Part shown: piece after piece, positions 1-13,014 of the stretch
Numbering within the stretch: the stretch's first letter is position 1
Layout: each line of letters starts with the position of its first letter
NCBI GenBank assembly: GCA_051294905.1
Contig: CM119383.1
Location: forward strand, 11,160,001 to 11,224,000
Reading direction: 5' to 3'
Source: Botryllus schlosseri
Taxonomy: Eukaryota
DNA length: 64,000 nucleotides
Program-made: the position numbers and the translations under genes
The notes under the pieces: generated by a model
What the model was told of the DNA's origin: nothing
The model's database searches: none
The model's input: only the letters and a program-made list of their open reading frames with translations

Positions 1-490
1 ATCGCAATCTTTCGAGTTCGTTACTTTGGATATTGAGCTTTTCTCTCCTTTATCGCAATCATTTGAGTTTGTCACTTTGGAAAGCAAAATTTCTGTCACT
101 TTGGGAAGCGAGGTTTTCTCTCCTTTGCCGCGATTGCAATCTTTCAATTTCGCCAACTTCGAATGCAAGCTGTTCCTTCTTTTGTCAAAATTTTTCGAGT
201 ACGTTACTTTGAGAAGCGAGGCTTTTTCTCCTTTATTGCGATTGCTATCTTTCAAGTTCACCCCATTCGAGTGTGAACTGTTCTCTCCTTCATCGCACTG
301 GCCATCTTTGGAGTTCACCACTTTGGAAAGCGAGCTGTTCTCTCCTTTGTCGCGGCTACAATCTTTGAAGTTCTTCCCTCTCGGATGAGAGTTCTTCTCT
401 CTTTTATCGCGGCTAGAATCTTTTGATCTCGCGCCTTTGGGAAGCGGGCTCTTCTTTCTTTTATCGCGATTGCAATCTTTCAAGTTCTCC
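1..490 (-). repeat. Coding tandem repeat, >=8 degenerate 17-19-aa units (consensus ~KDCxRDKGEKSSLSKVTNS)
   Basis: Direct translation: KDCSRDKGENSSLSKVVNS / KDSNRNKGEKASLLKVTYS / NDCDKGEKSSISKVTNS etc.; continues off the window edge. Confidence 0.85.
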
Positions 491-3400
491 AGTTTATCAA
501 GCGCAACGTGCTCTACATCACCTTGGTTGCAACCTCTTGAATTCCAACTAAACGACTTCTCCGATATCACAATGTGTTTGCTGGATTTGATATCCTTCAG
601 TTGCAGGGTCGGTTCCCGGACTGAATTCACATCGTCAAGCGGCAGTGTGTGATCGATTTCCGAGTGAGATGTGTCTACCGGAGGGCTTGTCGCATTGTTT
701 CCAAACGTGTCGCACGTCACCTCGCTAATTTCATAATATCCGTCGTTTAGGGAGGTCTTGCAGGACGAGCATTCGCAATCGTTGGGGTGGATAATAGCAG
801 GAAAATGATCACGACCAGAATTCTTAGAGCTAGATGAAGATGACGTAGTGGTGATAGGTAAGTCTTTAGTTACAGGACAGGGAGACTGGCTTTCAAGGCT
901 CGAATTATCCGATCTTCTTTTCTCTTTGTTCTGGGTGCAGCTTGCAGGTACTTGGCATGCGTCATATTTGTTCAACAAAACACTGAGTCTTCGAGTTCGG
1001 ATCACTCCGCTCGCAGACAGATATGACGTGGATTTGAAATTTTCGGCCTCATTGGTACGAATTTCTGAGCCATCATCGGGCTTTCGTTCAGACGAATTCC
1101 GTTCGTCAATCGCGTCACTTTCAAAAGATTCCCCGACATCATCACTGTGGTGAATTTCAGCGATGATTACGGGCCTTTTTTCCTCAGTCTGGGACAACTC
1201 CGAATCAGTCTCCACTGGCGATGAATTTTCCTTTATCTGCATTATTTCGTCGGCCGAAGAGAAATCAATCGATGGTAGAATGTCCTCATCAAACACGCCG
1301 TGCGTTGCTCCAGCGGAGTCACCTTCGACTAGGATTGTAGCCACAGCATTCATCACAAAACTGTTTGACATTTCCAAACAAATGCTTCCGGGTGTTGTTT
1401 CTGGATTTAGCACTTCGTCATTGTTGACCATGGAGAGTTGATCGCACGATTTCTCAATCGGTTCTGGGTTTACATTCATGTTGCCTTGCGTGCTTTCGTC
1501 AAACTCATCGAATGAAGCTAACGCATCCGTGGTTACTTCCTTTGACATCTTCTCTTCCCCGTCGATGTACGCGTAACTGCAATCAGCTGCTCTAGCCATG
1601 TCATTTCTCGCCATCGTATTATCAGTAGCTGGCTTTTCTGCGGCAATATCTCGTGGAGATATGCCACCGCCCGTCAAAACAATGCTGCCTTTTGAATTAT
1701 CGAGAAGTTCCTGTTCTGCAGTGTATTCTAATTGACGTTGTTGAACGAGTTCATCCTCAGTTACCGCATTATCAACGATTGGCGTTTCCACGGCACTACT
1801 TTGCGGTGGTTTATTACGATCCACCGGAACAGCGGCACTTATATCCGTTTTTTTCATATTGAGAGCGAATGGTGTTAGTGAGCCTTCCGTGTCCATTGGC
1901 ATCTTACTATGATCAGAATCATCGGAAAGTTCTGGGTATGATTTGAGACCGTCACACGTCGTGCTGCACTCATCCGCGGGTACAATGTCAGTAATTGGCA
2001 TTTCCAAATCCATATTCGGCGACGTTTTATTACTGTCCACCAACTCCGGGCAGTCTTCAGAATGATCGGATATATTTGGATCTAAGTTCGAATCATCTGC
2101 TCTTTCCACGCCCTCCGTTTTTATCTTCAAGTCGGTAACTGGATCTTCCAAACAACTATTTTGCAGTGGCTCATTGCTGTTAACCATAACACTGCAACCT
2201 TCTGAATCATCCGAGATTTCCAGTTCAACACTAGAATCATGACGGTCCCGAATGCATTCCTCCACTTCTACCAGTTCAGTCGCTATATGGCTTTGATCTT
2301 CTTCCGTGACCGTGTCATCAGACTCCTTTTCTTCATTCTCTGTGACTCGATCAGGATTAGGTGCAAGATCGCATCCCGTATTGCTTGATGCGAGTCCTTC
2401 ATCCTGCAAAATATCAAGTTTATCTTCATCCGCAAGTCCAATGCATGAAGGTAAAGTAACGTTTTCTTCCGTGCCTTGAGAAATTCCAACCGCACCAATC
2501 TCGCTACCTTCTTCAATGCTTTGCTCCAATTCTACTGTCTCTATGTCTGCCGCGCGATCTGCGTTACATGGGTCCTCCAGCACGTTTCCCAGTATGCATC
2601 CTTTGTGCACTACACCACTGTTTGTGTCAAACTCTCGAGAAATATCAGTGAATTCTGGAATACCTTGATCCAGTTTTACTGTGTCAAGTGCACTTGCAGA
2701 GACTTCCGCTGTTGGTGGTTCGTGGTGCATTCCTTCCTCTGGCCTGTCTTCGTGCGGCACCCCGTTGCTTTTTTCCAACGAGAAATCTTCATGAGAACAG
2801 CCGGATTCCGCAATCTGGATACCAGCATCACAAAGCTGCTGAGAATACTCGTCCGCTATGACAGGATTGGTAGCCACACTACTTGCAATCGCCATATCCT
2901 TTTCAGAACTTCCAATCGCGATTTCTTCGACAGTTGCGCCGCTGCGTACTAAAACGGCGACATCTTCCGATTTGGGTCCCATTTCCAGTCCAAGATTTAC
3001 ATTCGTTTCCATCCTGTCAAGTCCAGCATTGATACAGTCCGACATCGATGCTTCTGGGCAAACGCTGCTAAGCTTGCTCTCATTCTTTTCAGCATGCGTG
3101 TCATTTGTCGAATAGATATTATCCTTCGTATCATCGGTATAATCTTTTACACTGTCAGAAATTGGGGTTTCTTTCGTAACATGTTCCGGTATATATCGAT
3201 CACCTGCCTCTTCGTCACCCTCGCTGAGAGCAACGGTATCTTCAGCAGCGCCAAACAAGACATCTACATTCGAATCTCTGGTTTCCACGATTTCAACAGC
3301 ACATTCAGCAGTTATTGCATCGTCTTTATTTACGACTACGCTAGCATCGACGGTGACGTGTATATCGCTATTACAGACCTCAAGATTCAAGTTTCCTTCG

Positions 3401-6400
3401 AAACCTTTGTCCGGACCAGCCAGATTTTCTGTTACATCAGACGGGTTGACATCGACATCCAAATCTTTGAACGTGATTTCAACAGCACTCTCGGCAGGTA
3501 TTTCTTCACAGGCATTTTGTAGTGGGGCTTCTTTATTTACAACTTCACTAGCACCGTTGGTTTCGCCATTATCTTCGTTTATAGAGATCTCGAAAACCGA
3601 GTCTTCCTGGAAACAATGATCATTGCCTGCTAGATTTATTGTTATATCAGTATTTTTGTCGATACAATCGTTTATGATGTCATCGGCATTGATGACGATA
3701 TCTGAAAGCGCAACAGTTTTTTCTGAATCCTTGTTTTCAACAGAATCGCACAGTTTCAATAAGCCCTCGTTGGTGACTTCGACATCTGCAGTCAGTGAAT
3801 TGCGTGTCACCCCCGACACATTTAGAGGTTCAAGTTGCTCAATTGAGTCGTCAACATCACCAGTCAGAGCTCTATTTTCTTCAACATCGGAAGGACGGCA
3901 TTCTGCGTCAGAAGTTTCGTATTTTCGAACATTACCGCTTGCTTTTATCATGTCCGAAGTGCAGGTCTTGATGGAGATCGACTCGACCGCCTCCTTACAA
4001 ATTTCCGGCCATCCAATTTGTCCGTCACTAGAATCAGGACGGTCCCGAATGCAATCCTCCACTTCTACCGGTTCAGTCACTATTTGGATTCGATCTTCTT
4101 CCATGACAGTATCGTCAGAGTTTATACAAGTTTCGACACCTGCATTGGATTCGTGGCACTCTACAGCAGACTCCCTTTCTTTATCCTCGGTGACTCGATC
4201 AAGATTAGCGGCAAGATTGCATCCCGTATTGCTTGAAGCGAGTCCTTCGTCGTGCAAACTTTCAAGTTCATCTTCATCTGCAAGTCCCTTGCATGCAGTC
4301 AAAGCAACATTTTGTTCCATGTCTTGAGAAATTCCAGCCGCATCAATCTCGCAACCTTCTTCAATGCTTTGCTCTGATTTGAACGTCTCTATTTTGGTGG
4401 TGCATTCGACATCTGCCGGCAGTACATTGCGCGTCCCCTCTAACGCATTTAGAGGTGTAAGTTGCTCAATCGAGAGGTCAACATTACCAGTCGGAGCGCT
4501 ATTTTCTTCAACATCGGAAGGACAGCATTCTGTGTCTGAGATTTCAGACTTTCCAACATTACTGCTTGCTTTTATCGTGTCAGAAGTACAGGCCTCGACT
4601 GCCTGCTCACATATTTCCAGCCTTCCACTTGCTCCCTCCGCAATTTTAACACCTTCATCCACTCCATCGCTGGTTTTCTGGTCTGTGTGTGGCCATTCAT
4701 TAGGGCTGGCACGGCAGTCAATTGTTCCTGAATCACTCATTACGTCGCTGCCACTTGTCTGACTTTCGTCGCTGCCATAATTGGCACAGATCGCCGAAAG
4801 GCCGACGCATACGTCACTAACCGGCAGATCGCATTCAGAACCCGAGGCACTTTTGTCGTCTGTTTCTGTACTAGTAACTGGTGCATTGTGCTTTGCATCC
4901 GATTGTCCTTTGCAAAAATCGTTCTTATCTGCTTCTACACTCTTGTTAGCGACGTCACAAACGCCATTGCCTAGCACACAGTTTGAATTACCCACAACAC
5001 ATTCGTCCTTGGGGACATTTGAGTTTTGCTCATTTTCAGTGATATTTACTTCACAATCCTTCTGACAGTTAAGGTTGAAGTCTTGGAATTCATCAGCGTT
5101 GCTGATCTCAGCTCCATCTGAGATAATAGGCTCATCATTATCCATACTGTCTTTGCCAGCAACGGATTGAGTCGCATCAACCATGCCCTTGTTGAAATCC
5201 AAGTTTCTTACAGTGTTTTCTGATTGCTCAACGTCTTCCACCGATAAGGTATTCAAATTTGAGAGACCCGATTCAACACCCTTATTGACAGACTCATTTT
5301 GCTCCGATTCAGATTCACGGTCCTTTTGATTGTCAACGTCAGAATTCTGTGTGTTACCTTGTGGCACTTGATCACATGACAGGGTCAGCGAAGTCACAGA
5401 GGGGACGCACGGCTCCGTGTCTTTATCACGGTGCTCGCCATGATCTGGGATATGATGCAGTGCCTCATCCTCACTGTCGTTTCCTGTAGTTTTGCCGCAA
5501 GTGTCATTGTCAGATATGAACATACAAGTAGTATTGTCAGGTTCTTTGATATTTGTTGCTATCGGGTTATTTGAATCGGCAGGACCTGATTGGACACCCA
5601 AATCGAGACACGTCTCTTGCTTCAAACTATTCACATTTCCATCTTGATCAACTTCAGAATTCTCTGTGGTTGTTTGCTGCCCGTCGCTACACAACGGCTC
5701 CAGTGAAGCAAGAGTGGGAACGGATAATCCCATAACCTCATCAAGGTGTTTGATTTCATCTTCATCTGGGATAAAAGCCTCAGCATCAGCCGTGTCGCAT
5801 TTGTCTTCTGCAGATTGAGCCTTGCCCACCTTGTCGTTGTCAGAACATGAGTTTTCCTCTGCACTTTCAAATTTTTCGACACTCGCATGTGTTGCTGCGC
5901 TAGAATCTGAGGGGCTTGACTCGCTAGCGATAACAGGCTCTATCTCATGCACAGTGTCTTTGTCGGAAGCAGATCGAGTCGGTTCAGCTTCGCCAATATC
6001 AGAAATGGATTTTTCGGCAGCGCTTTCAGATTCTTCAACAGTCACCGCTGTCAAGACATCCCGATTTGAAGGGCTTGACTCCGTGCTTTCATTGGGACGC
6101 ATATCCCGGTGGAAACTGCGTGCTGTTCCATCTTTATTAACTTCAGAATTCTCTGTGGAAGTTTGTTGCCCGTCACTACACAACGACTCCAGTAAAGCAT
6201 GAGTGGGAACGGATAATTCCATAGCCTTATCGAGGTGCTTGATTTCATCGTCATCTGCGATAATAGTCTCAGCATCAGCCGCGTTGCATTTGTCTTCAGC
6301 AGATTGAGCCTTTTCAAGTTTGTCGTAGTCAGAACATGAGTTTTCCTCCGCGCTTTCAAATTGTATGACACTCGCAGGTGTTTCGGAGTTCCGAGCTGAG

Positions 6401-9400
6401 CGATTTGACTCACTTGCGATAATAGGCTCTATTACATCCACAGTGTCTTTGTCGATAGCAGATAGAGTCGATTCGACTTCGTCGATGTCAGATATAGAAT
6501 TTTCCGCAGCGCTATCAGATTCTTTAACAGTCACTGCTGCCAAGATATTCCGATTTGAGGGGCTTGACTCCTCACTATCATTAGGACGCATATCCTGGTG
6601 GAAAATGTGTACTGTTCCACATTCATCGACGGTACAATCCTGCGTGCTACCTGATTCCTCTTCGCCACATATTTGAGTTGACGAAGTAATTGGGGCTTCG
6701 CATAAGTCCATGTCTTTACCAACGGACACAACTTCATCAACAGTATCTGTGAAAATAGGCTCCGTCACATCCACACTGTCCTTGCTGGTAGCAGTTCCGT
6801 CATTGTCAGAACTGGAGTTTTCTGATCTTTCGGCAACTACTGATGCTGAGGTAATCGAATTTGAGAAGCCTGATTTGCCGGCCTCATTAGTAACTAAAGT
6901 TTGCTTCAAACTGTGTGACGTCCCAAATTTATCAATGCAAGGATCTTGTGTGTTAGTATGTTGCTCTATGGCGTTGTTAGATACATGTACCAGCGTATTA
7001 ACAGACGGTACATGTGATTCCGTATCTTCAACGAGACGCGTGATTTCATTGCCGACGTCAGAAGTTTCTTCATCACTTGGATCGTTACTTGGCTTGTCAA
7101 TATACGGCAGGGTGTCATCATCGTCCGAGTACCAATGCTCTGGAGTGGATGCTTGCGAAGGCCTTTCAACTTCACGAGTGAGCGTTTCCGAACCGGAATT
7201 TTTGTTGCATGGTTTCGATTCCTCGTCGCATAACAATGCTGTGTTACCAACGCCAGCAAGAGATAATTTGAGCGTATCACAGCCCTCTTTATTGAATTTT
7301 ACATCATCGTCGATTTGACCGTGCACTTTATCAGGACTCTTAGTATTGTCAACAGATCGACTATCAGTTGGAGTTTTGATATTGCCGTCGTATTTATCCG
7401 ATTCAAGTTTGAGATCATTGCTAACAATATCGAGACATGTGGATGGAGTACTGTCCAGTATTTTGGCATCTCCGCCAAAAATATCCGATTCAAGTTCGAG
7501 ATCATTGCTAACAATACCAGGACAGGTGGCGTTCTCAACCGGTGGGGTGCTGTCCGTGATTTTGCCTCCATCGAATTTATTCAATTCAAGTTCGAGATCA
7601 TTGCTAACAATACCAGGACAGGTTGCGTTCTCAACCGGTTGGGTGCTGTCCGTGGTTTTGTTATCTCCATCGAATTTATCCGATTCAAGTTTGAGATCAT
7701 TGCCATTAGGTATTGGTTTACCGGCCGTTGTTTCTGCTGCATCATGCTGACATTCGGCAGTATCTTTAATGTCCTTCTTAACAGATTGGGTGTCGTTTGC
7801 TAGCTGCTTGTCAGGCGAGGTAACATCAAAATCAGATTCAGAATTTTTGTTATATTCAGCCTCTGGGTTATCAAAGTCTGTTGTAAACGTGTCAGCGTTT
7901 GCCTGCGTGTCAGGAATAGCACTTACCTCGCTAATTTTACCTTCAATATTACCCGAGATAACATCATCAGATTCTGTCATGCCTCTGTCAATAACATGAT
8001 TCTCCGTATCGAGTGATATTTGCTCACCACACAATGATGCCGGCATATCGATATTCGTAGAGCTCAAACTGTGGCGATCTTCAAAGCTCACGTTAGCGTC
8101 GATAAGACTTTCTGTGAGGTCACTGGTCTCAGGAACACCGTTCAAGCTCGAGTTTGCGGTTTTGTGACAATCCACGCTGGGTGCAGGAGATTGCGCACGG
8201 TCAGGAATTCGGGGACAACAGTCATCGATAGTCTCGTCTTGTTGTTGACCTGTACACGCCTCCAATGCTCCAATATTTTCGGTTAGAGTCTCACACATTT
8301 GTTCATTTACAGTAGTTTCCGTGTAAGGCTTTGTAATCTCGGATGTTCGGTCGCTGTTCACCTGCTCAGTGGGATCGTCATTCTTAAGATCCGAGTTACC
8401 CCTCATATTCCTAAGTGTGATTGACGTATCTGGTAACCCTGCAGGCGTCTCGTCTTTCTTTCGAGGTAATACAATATCAGGAGCCTTAATTTCCGCGTTA
8501 GACGTCCCAGAATCCACATCCAAAGCGTGACCTTCCACTTGGGATGAACTAACCGTGTCGTGTAACTCAAGAATTTCGTTCGAGCGCTGGAGTTTCGGTG
8601 CAAGAGTTTCGTCTTTCACAACACTCGCGTTCAAAATCTCAACACCGTCTAAATCTGCTTCCTTTATTCCAACACCAACGGCCCCGTGATTACAACTGTC
8701 GCATCTGGTGCATTTTGAGCAGTCCATGTCATCCAGAGTATCAGACAACTTGTTGTCTACGTCTGGCATAGTATCCGGTAGCTCGGGCAGCTTTTCGCGG
8801 TCGTGTTCATTTTCATGAACTACAATGTCCTTGGTTTTATCGCGTCGCTTCAAATCCCTACGTCGACGAGATCTGTTTTTCACGGCAGTCTTTGACGGCG
8901 CAGATTCCGCAGTATTTTGTGTGACGTCTGAAGGTTTTGACGGGACGTCGCTAGACCCATTTTTACCGCTACGCAAGAGTATTCTGCGTGACACAGTTAC
9001 GTTTCTAGTCCGTGCAACGTGATTGCTCGAAGACGCCGAATCCGCCGATTTCGGATTTATAGCTTTGCCTTTGCGCATAGACCTTTTTCCGTACCAATCC
9101 GCTGAGCTCGATTGAGACGGAGTCTTTTTGTTTCGCCGGCCAGATTTCTGAGCGTTTCGGAGGTCTATGTGCGGCACGGAGACTTGATTTCTACGGTTCA
9201 AGACTATTTTTCGAGGCTTAGATTTGGAATCTGCATGACCAGCGGTGTTCTGTTTCGACTGGGATGTCTTACGATCAGGCGGCGTCTTCTCCGTGGGATC
9301 TTTGCTATATTGACGGATTGTCACAGCAGAGTATCTCCGAACTAAATTGTCATTTAGTTCTGACAACAGTTCCTCTTGTGATTTGCCCGCCTGGTAGCGC

Positions 9401-9780
9401 TTTTTCCTTCCCGCATGTGACATGATTGTCGCTTTTTGTTTTGTGTACACATGAAACCTTGTCCAAGGATACACTGTGACGCGCGACGTCGGGTCCGATT
9501 TAACAGGGAGCAACGACGATGCAGCCCTGCCTGCTACGTCTGAGGAAGATGTAGAATCTGACAGATCCAACAGACAGTCGCACAGTTCGGTTTTTCGGCT
9601 AGTTTTTTGTTCTGCCCGCATGCAACTTCCCGCGCTGGATTTCAACAGGCATGCACGCTTTTTCTGACGTAAGTATAGAGACAAACGCTCTCTTGAGATT
9701 ACAGTTGCGATATCTGCAGCTTTGACGATCTTGCGTGGTACAGACTCGGCTACTTCATGAACATGACAGCTTCGACTTCT
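1..9780 (-). CDS. Giant internal exon (>=3260 codons, runs off left edge) of an uncharacterised acidic D/E/S/K-rich, repeat-containing, probably intrinsically disordered protein
   Basis: Polypyrimidine acceptor ctgttttcag|AGA at 9781/9780. The segments I translated (9780-8520, 2280-2100 and ~1860-1) are stop-free and share one minus frame. The ORF track lists no terminated minus ORF in that frame, as expected for an ORF with no stop in the window. Many Ser-rich plus-strand shadow ORFs. No recognisable domain; upstream exon(s) not identified. Confidence 0.85.
2230..4590 (-). repeat. Dispersed in-frame duplications inside the giant exon (~2230-2560 vs ~4030-4385; ~3780-3960 vs ~4400-4590)
   Basis: Anchor GACGGTCCCGAATGCA at 2241 and 4038 (offset 1797 = 599 codons). 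Anchor GTTGCTCAAT at 3834 and 4461 (offset 627 = 209 codons). Confidence 0.85.
5620..6630 (-). repeat. 489-bp (163-aa) tandem duplication within the giant exon
   Basis: AACTTCAGAATTCTCTGTGG at 5650 and 6139; similarity continues across the whole unit; partial third copy near 6755-6830. Confidence 0.85.
7398..7711 (-). repeat. Coding tandem repeat, 4 units of 87-99 bp (29-33 aa; core IVSNDL(E/K)LESDK)
   Basis: Core CCGATTCAAGTT(T/C)GAGATCATTGC at 7398, 7485, 7581 and 7680; periods 87, 96 and 99 are all multiples of 3. Confidence 0.85.
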
Positions 9781-10252
9781 CTGAAAACAGAATGAGATAG
9801 GATAGCTTTGTAAATAGTTGCTGAGCACAAAACAAAAACTCAAATACTCTTTTGCATACTATTATCCAACCCGAAATGTGCCGCTAAACAGATATGAATG
9901 GTAAATTTGTCTTTACAATGAAGAATAAACACTCAAAGCATAGGTACACCATTCATCTGCACCGAGCACTGAAAATTACTGGTAGGACACCCACAATTTG
10001 CTGTACTGCAATGCAATGCATCGTAATTTACAATTGCTTGTCAGACATAACAAAGCCAGATTAGGATTAGCAAAATGTAACAGCAGAGCCGGATAAGGAA
10101 ACCGTCTTAGTATTACATTTACACCACAGCAGGATTAGCGTTTGTTGTTGCTTGTTGTGAATGATTAGCGAACATTATTGAGCTATCTATGATATAGAGA
10201 TCTTCATAACAGTATCCCAAGACTCTTTGAAGTACAGAACTTTAATATGCAA

Positions 10253-10423
10253 TTGAGTAATATACTCATATTGAAATAAACCTCAATATTTTCAGCTGAT
10301 ACTCGGCAGGGGTAATCACCAGCAAGTAGTAGCAACTTTTCTCTACTAGTTGCTGACGATTACGCCTGGCAAGTATCAGCCAAAAATATCCCGGTTTATT
10401 TCAATGTGAATATATATTATTCA
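10253..10423. mobile_element. ~170-bp foldback MITE; partial copies at ~54807-54893 and ~60698-60810
   Basis: Two ~80-bp inverted arms (10253-10332 and 10343-10423) around a 10-bp spacer; the same left-arm sequence (CAATTGAxTAx...CATATTGAAAT.AACC...AGGGGTAA) recurs in two MED12 introns. Confidence 0.7.
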
Positions 10424-13014
10424 GTAGTATCACAGCGCCCAATCACTAGCAAATACTACACACCGGCGTACTGAGAACGGTCAATATTGGCACAAAACAT
10501 AGCTAAATAAGACGGCTTCGTGTACATGTACAATGCATGGCAGATTGTAAAAACATTTGCGGTGAAGATATATTTATTGGTTCATTTAATAAGAATAGGG
10601 ATCGGAATCCTGTGTGGATGATCAAAATTCAAAATTATAATGACAAACCTACATTTGATATGTGATTAATTATTAGAAAAGGCTATACTGCAATGTTTAC
10701 AAATGATTCCTGTTGAACTAAACCATAATCTATAACAGAAATAGAATGTAGAATACACTATACCAGGAATAACAGCTGCAACTTGTTAGTTACCTTACAG
10801 AAATATGTGAATAACAGACAGAAATATGACAAACCTCTAATTAGAACACAAGATTAAATATAACTCATAACTTCAACAATAGTCTACAGGTAGGCTAGTT
10901 TTAAAACACCAAAGGCTTTGATCCTCTTCAGTTTATACACATGTAGGTGAGTGAAATACTGAAAGCAGTGGAAAATTAATCCTATGTCGGCAGGAGGCAT
11001 CTGCATCACCAATCTGAGGAGAAAATCTACATAACCACTAACAATTCCAATACATTTATTGGTGCGCACATAACAGAGAGAGAAATTCATGCAAAGCCAA
11101 GCAAGACTACTCCACTGAAATTGTAAATCTATCAATTTTGCAAACCACAACAGGCACAGCTGCAGTTCTCATGGACAATATTTGGAAAATCACATTACAT
11201 GAGCAATTGAGCATGCATTTACACAGAACAAGCAGTGCACTAAATTAGCAGAGGATGCACAGAACACCACCCCCCATTATGCCTAACTACCTTGTAAGTA
11301 ACCATAAAATCTGGTTGTAGGGTTTTTGCCCTCAAATGGAATCAAATTACTGCTGACTCTCATACCAAAAGCAGAACTGATTAGATATTGCTCACGTACT
11401 GCACTGCAATGAGGAAGTGGCTTGCTAAAAACTTCAGGGAAAAACGAGACCATGTTAATACAGGCAAGAGCGGTGTGGTTACAGTTATAATATCAAATCA
11501 ATGTTAACAAGTGAAAATATTCATCCTAAAAAATCTGAAATTACCAAGTTGCACACTACTATATATCGTCTAAGGCCACTTGACCACTTGAAATTCAAAT
11601 TCGTAAATGTTCCTCTGACTATATCCAAGTATCTCCAGTTTATATATCAACTTGATGCAGATGCAGTCAACCTGAGACAACTGAAGAGTCCGGTTTCAAA
11701 ATTCTATCCATGCTATTATCATGCCTGACCTGACAAGCTAATCATTAATCCAAAAGCGGCCACTATACAAATGAGACGGCAATGAAAATGCAACATTCCA
11801 GTAAAAAGCTATCACATACCTTTTTATTAGCTTCCCCATTCGCAACTGGCATGCTATATTATATTGACACACACTCGAACCAACACGAAATAGGAGTTGG
11901 CCGCAGACTGTATGAACTTGAGTTTATGTCAATCCGAAGACTCATGCTAACAAAAAGAAAAGAGATTCGTCAGACAGTCAATATCACTAGTTTGCCGCGT
12001 AGGCAGATGCATATCGGGGTTGAAAACTAGGTGAGCGACACTGTGTAGTACTTGTTTATGCAAATGGTCGTTTGCATGTCGATACAAATAACAATATGAG
12101 AGTTAAGCAAATAGTGTTCTGCGCATGCACCATTATTGAAAAAAACCATGCTACTCCATTCTTGAAAGAAACAGTTCAACATTGTTATGAGCATATGACG
12201 CACACAACTCAAAAAGGCACTTTACAGCTACAAGAATTTACTCCTCACATCTGTGATTGCATGCGTGACTGAATCATTATGTTGAGATACTGCATATCGA
12301 TTGTGAGAAATTGACAATCCCTGTCGTCTGTACATCCCAAATTACAACCTGGGTTTTTGATCGAACGTGCATTTATCCATTCTATCTCACTCCAGGAATA
12401 ATGACTATTCGCAATTTCAGGTTTGCGAGGCATCGAGTTTCAAATGCAATATCAAAACACAAATATCACAATAAAATTGAGTGGATATATAAAGGCTATA
12501 TTCGGACATGTAAGGATAAGTAGGACATATAGTTACTGAACCCCCTATAGAGCTTGTACTAGGTAGGATTAGGGATTGGATTTCTGGCTTTTTGGCCCTA
12601 TCAGGCTCAGGGGAGAAATTCAACTGAATGTGAATTAAGTCATTTTGAAGTATGTTACTGAACCTGTAAACTAGACGTTCTTAACCTTTTTACCGTAGAC
12701 CCCTCAATTGTCAAGGGCAGTTACGGCGCCCCCTACCCGTGAAATTTGGGAAGCAGTTTTTCCCCAGTCTCATTGACAAGGACAGGTGAGAACGAAGTAG
12801 TTTTATAGTTTATGGTCATAGCTTCATCGGTCTTCCACACACTCCATAAAACTAGTCCGTGTACCATAAGAGATCCATGGACCCTAGGTGAAGAACCCCT
12901 GCATCAAACAAAACCCCGTAATATGAATTAGTTCACAGCGATCACCATTACATCACGCATGCACAAATTTATGAACACCTCCGTCACGGCAATATAAATC
13001 AAATAATTGAGCAG

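Noticed and set aside
7398-7711. CRISPR-like look (~30-nt repeat with 55-67-nt spacers)
   Set aside because: Spacers are homologous to each other, periods are multiples of 3 inside a coding frame, the context is eukaryotic and there are no cas genes.
26-9667. Numerous Ser/Phe-rich plus-strand ORFs (up to 234 aa)
   Set aside because: They are antisense shadows of the acidic minus-strand giant exon.
12245-12623. Two minus-strand ORFs as upstream exons of the giant-exon gene
   Set aside because: No homology and ambiguous splice sites; cannot be supported.
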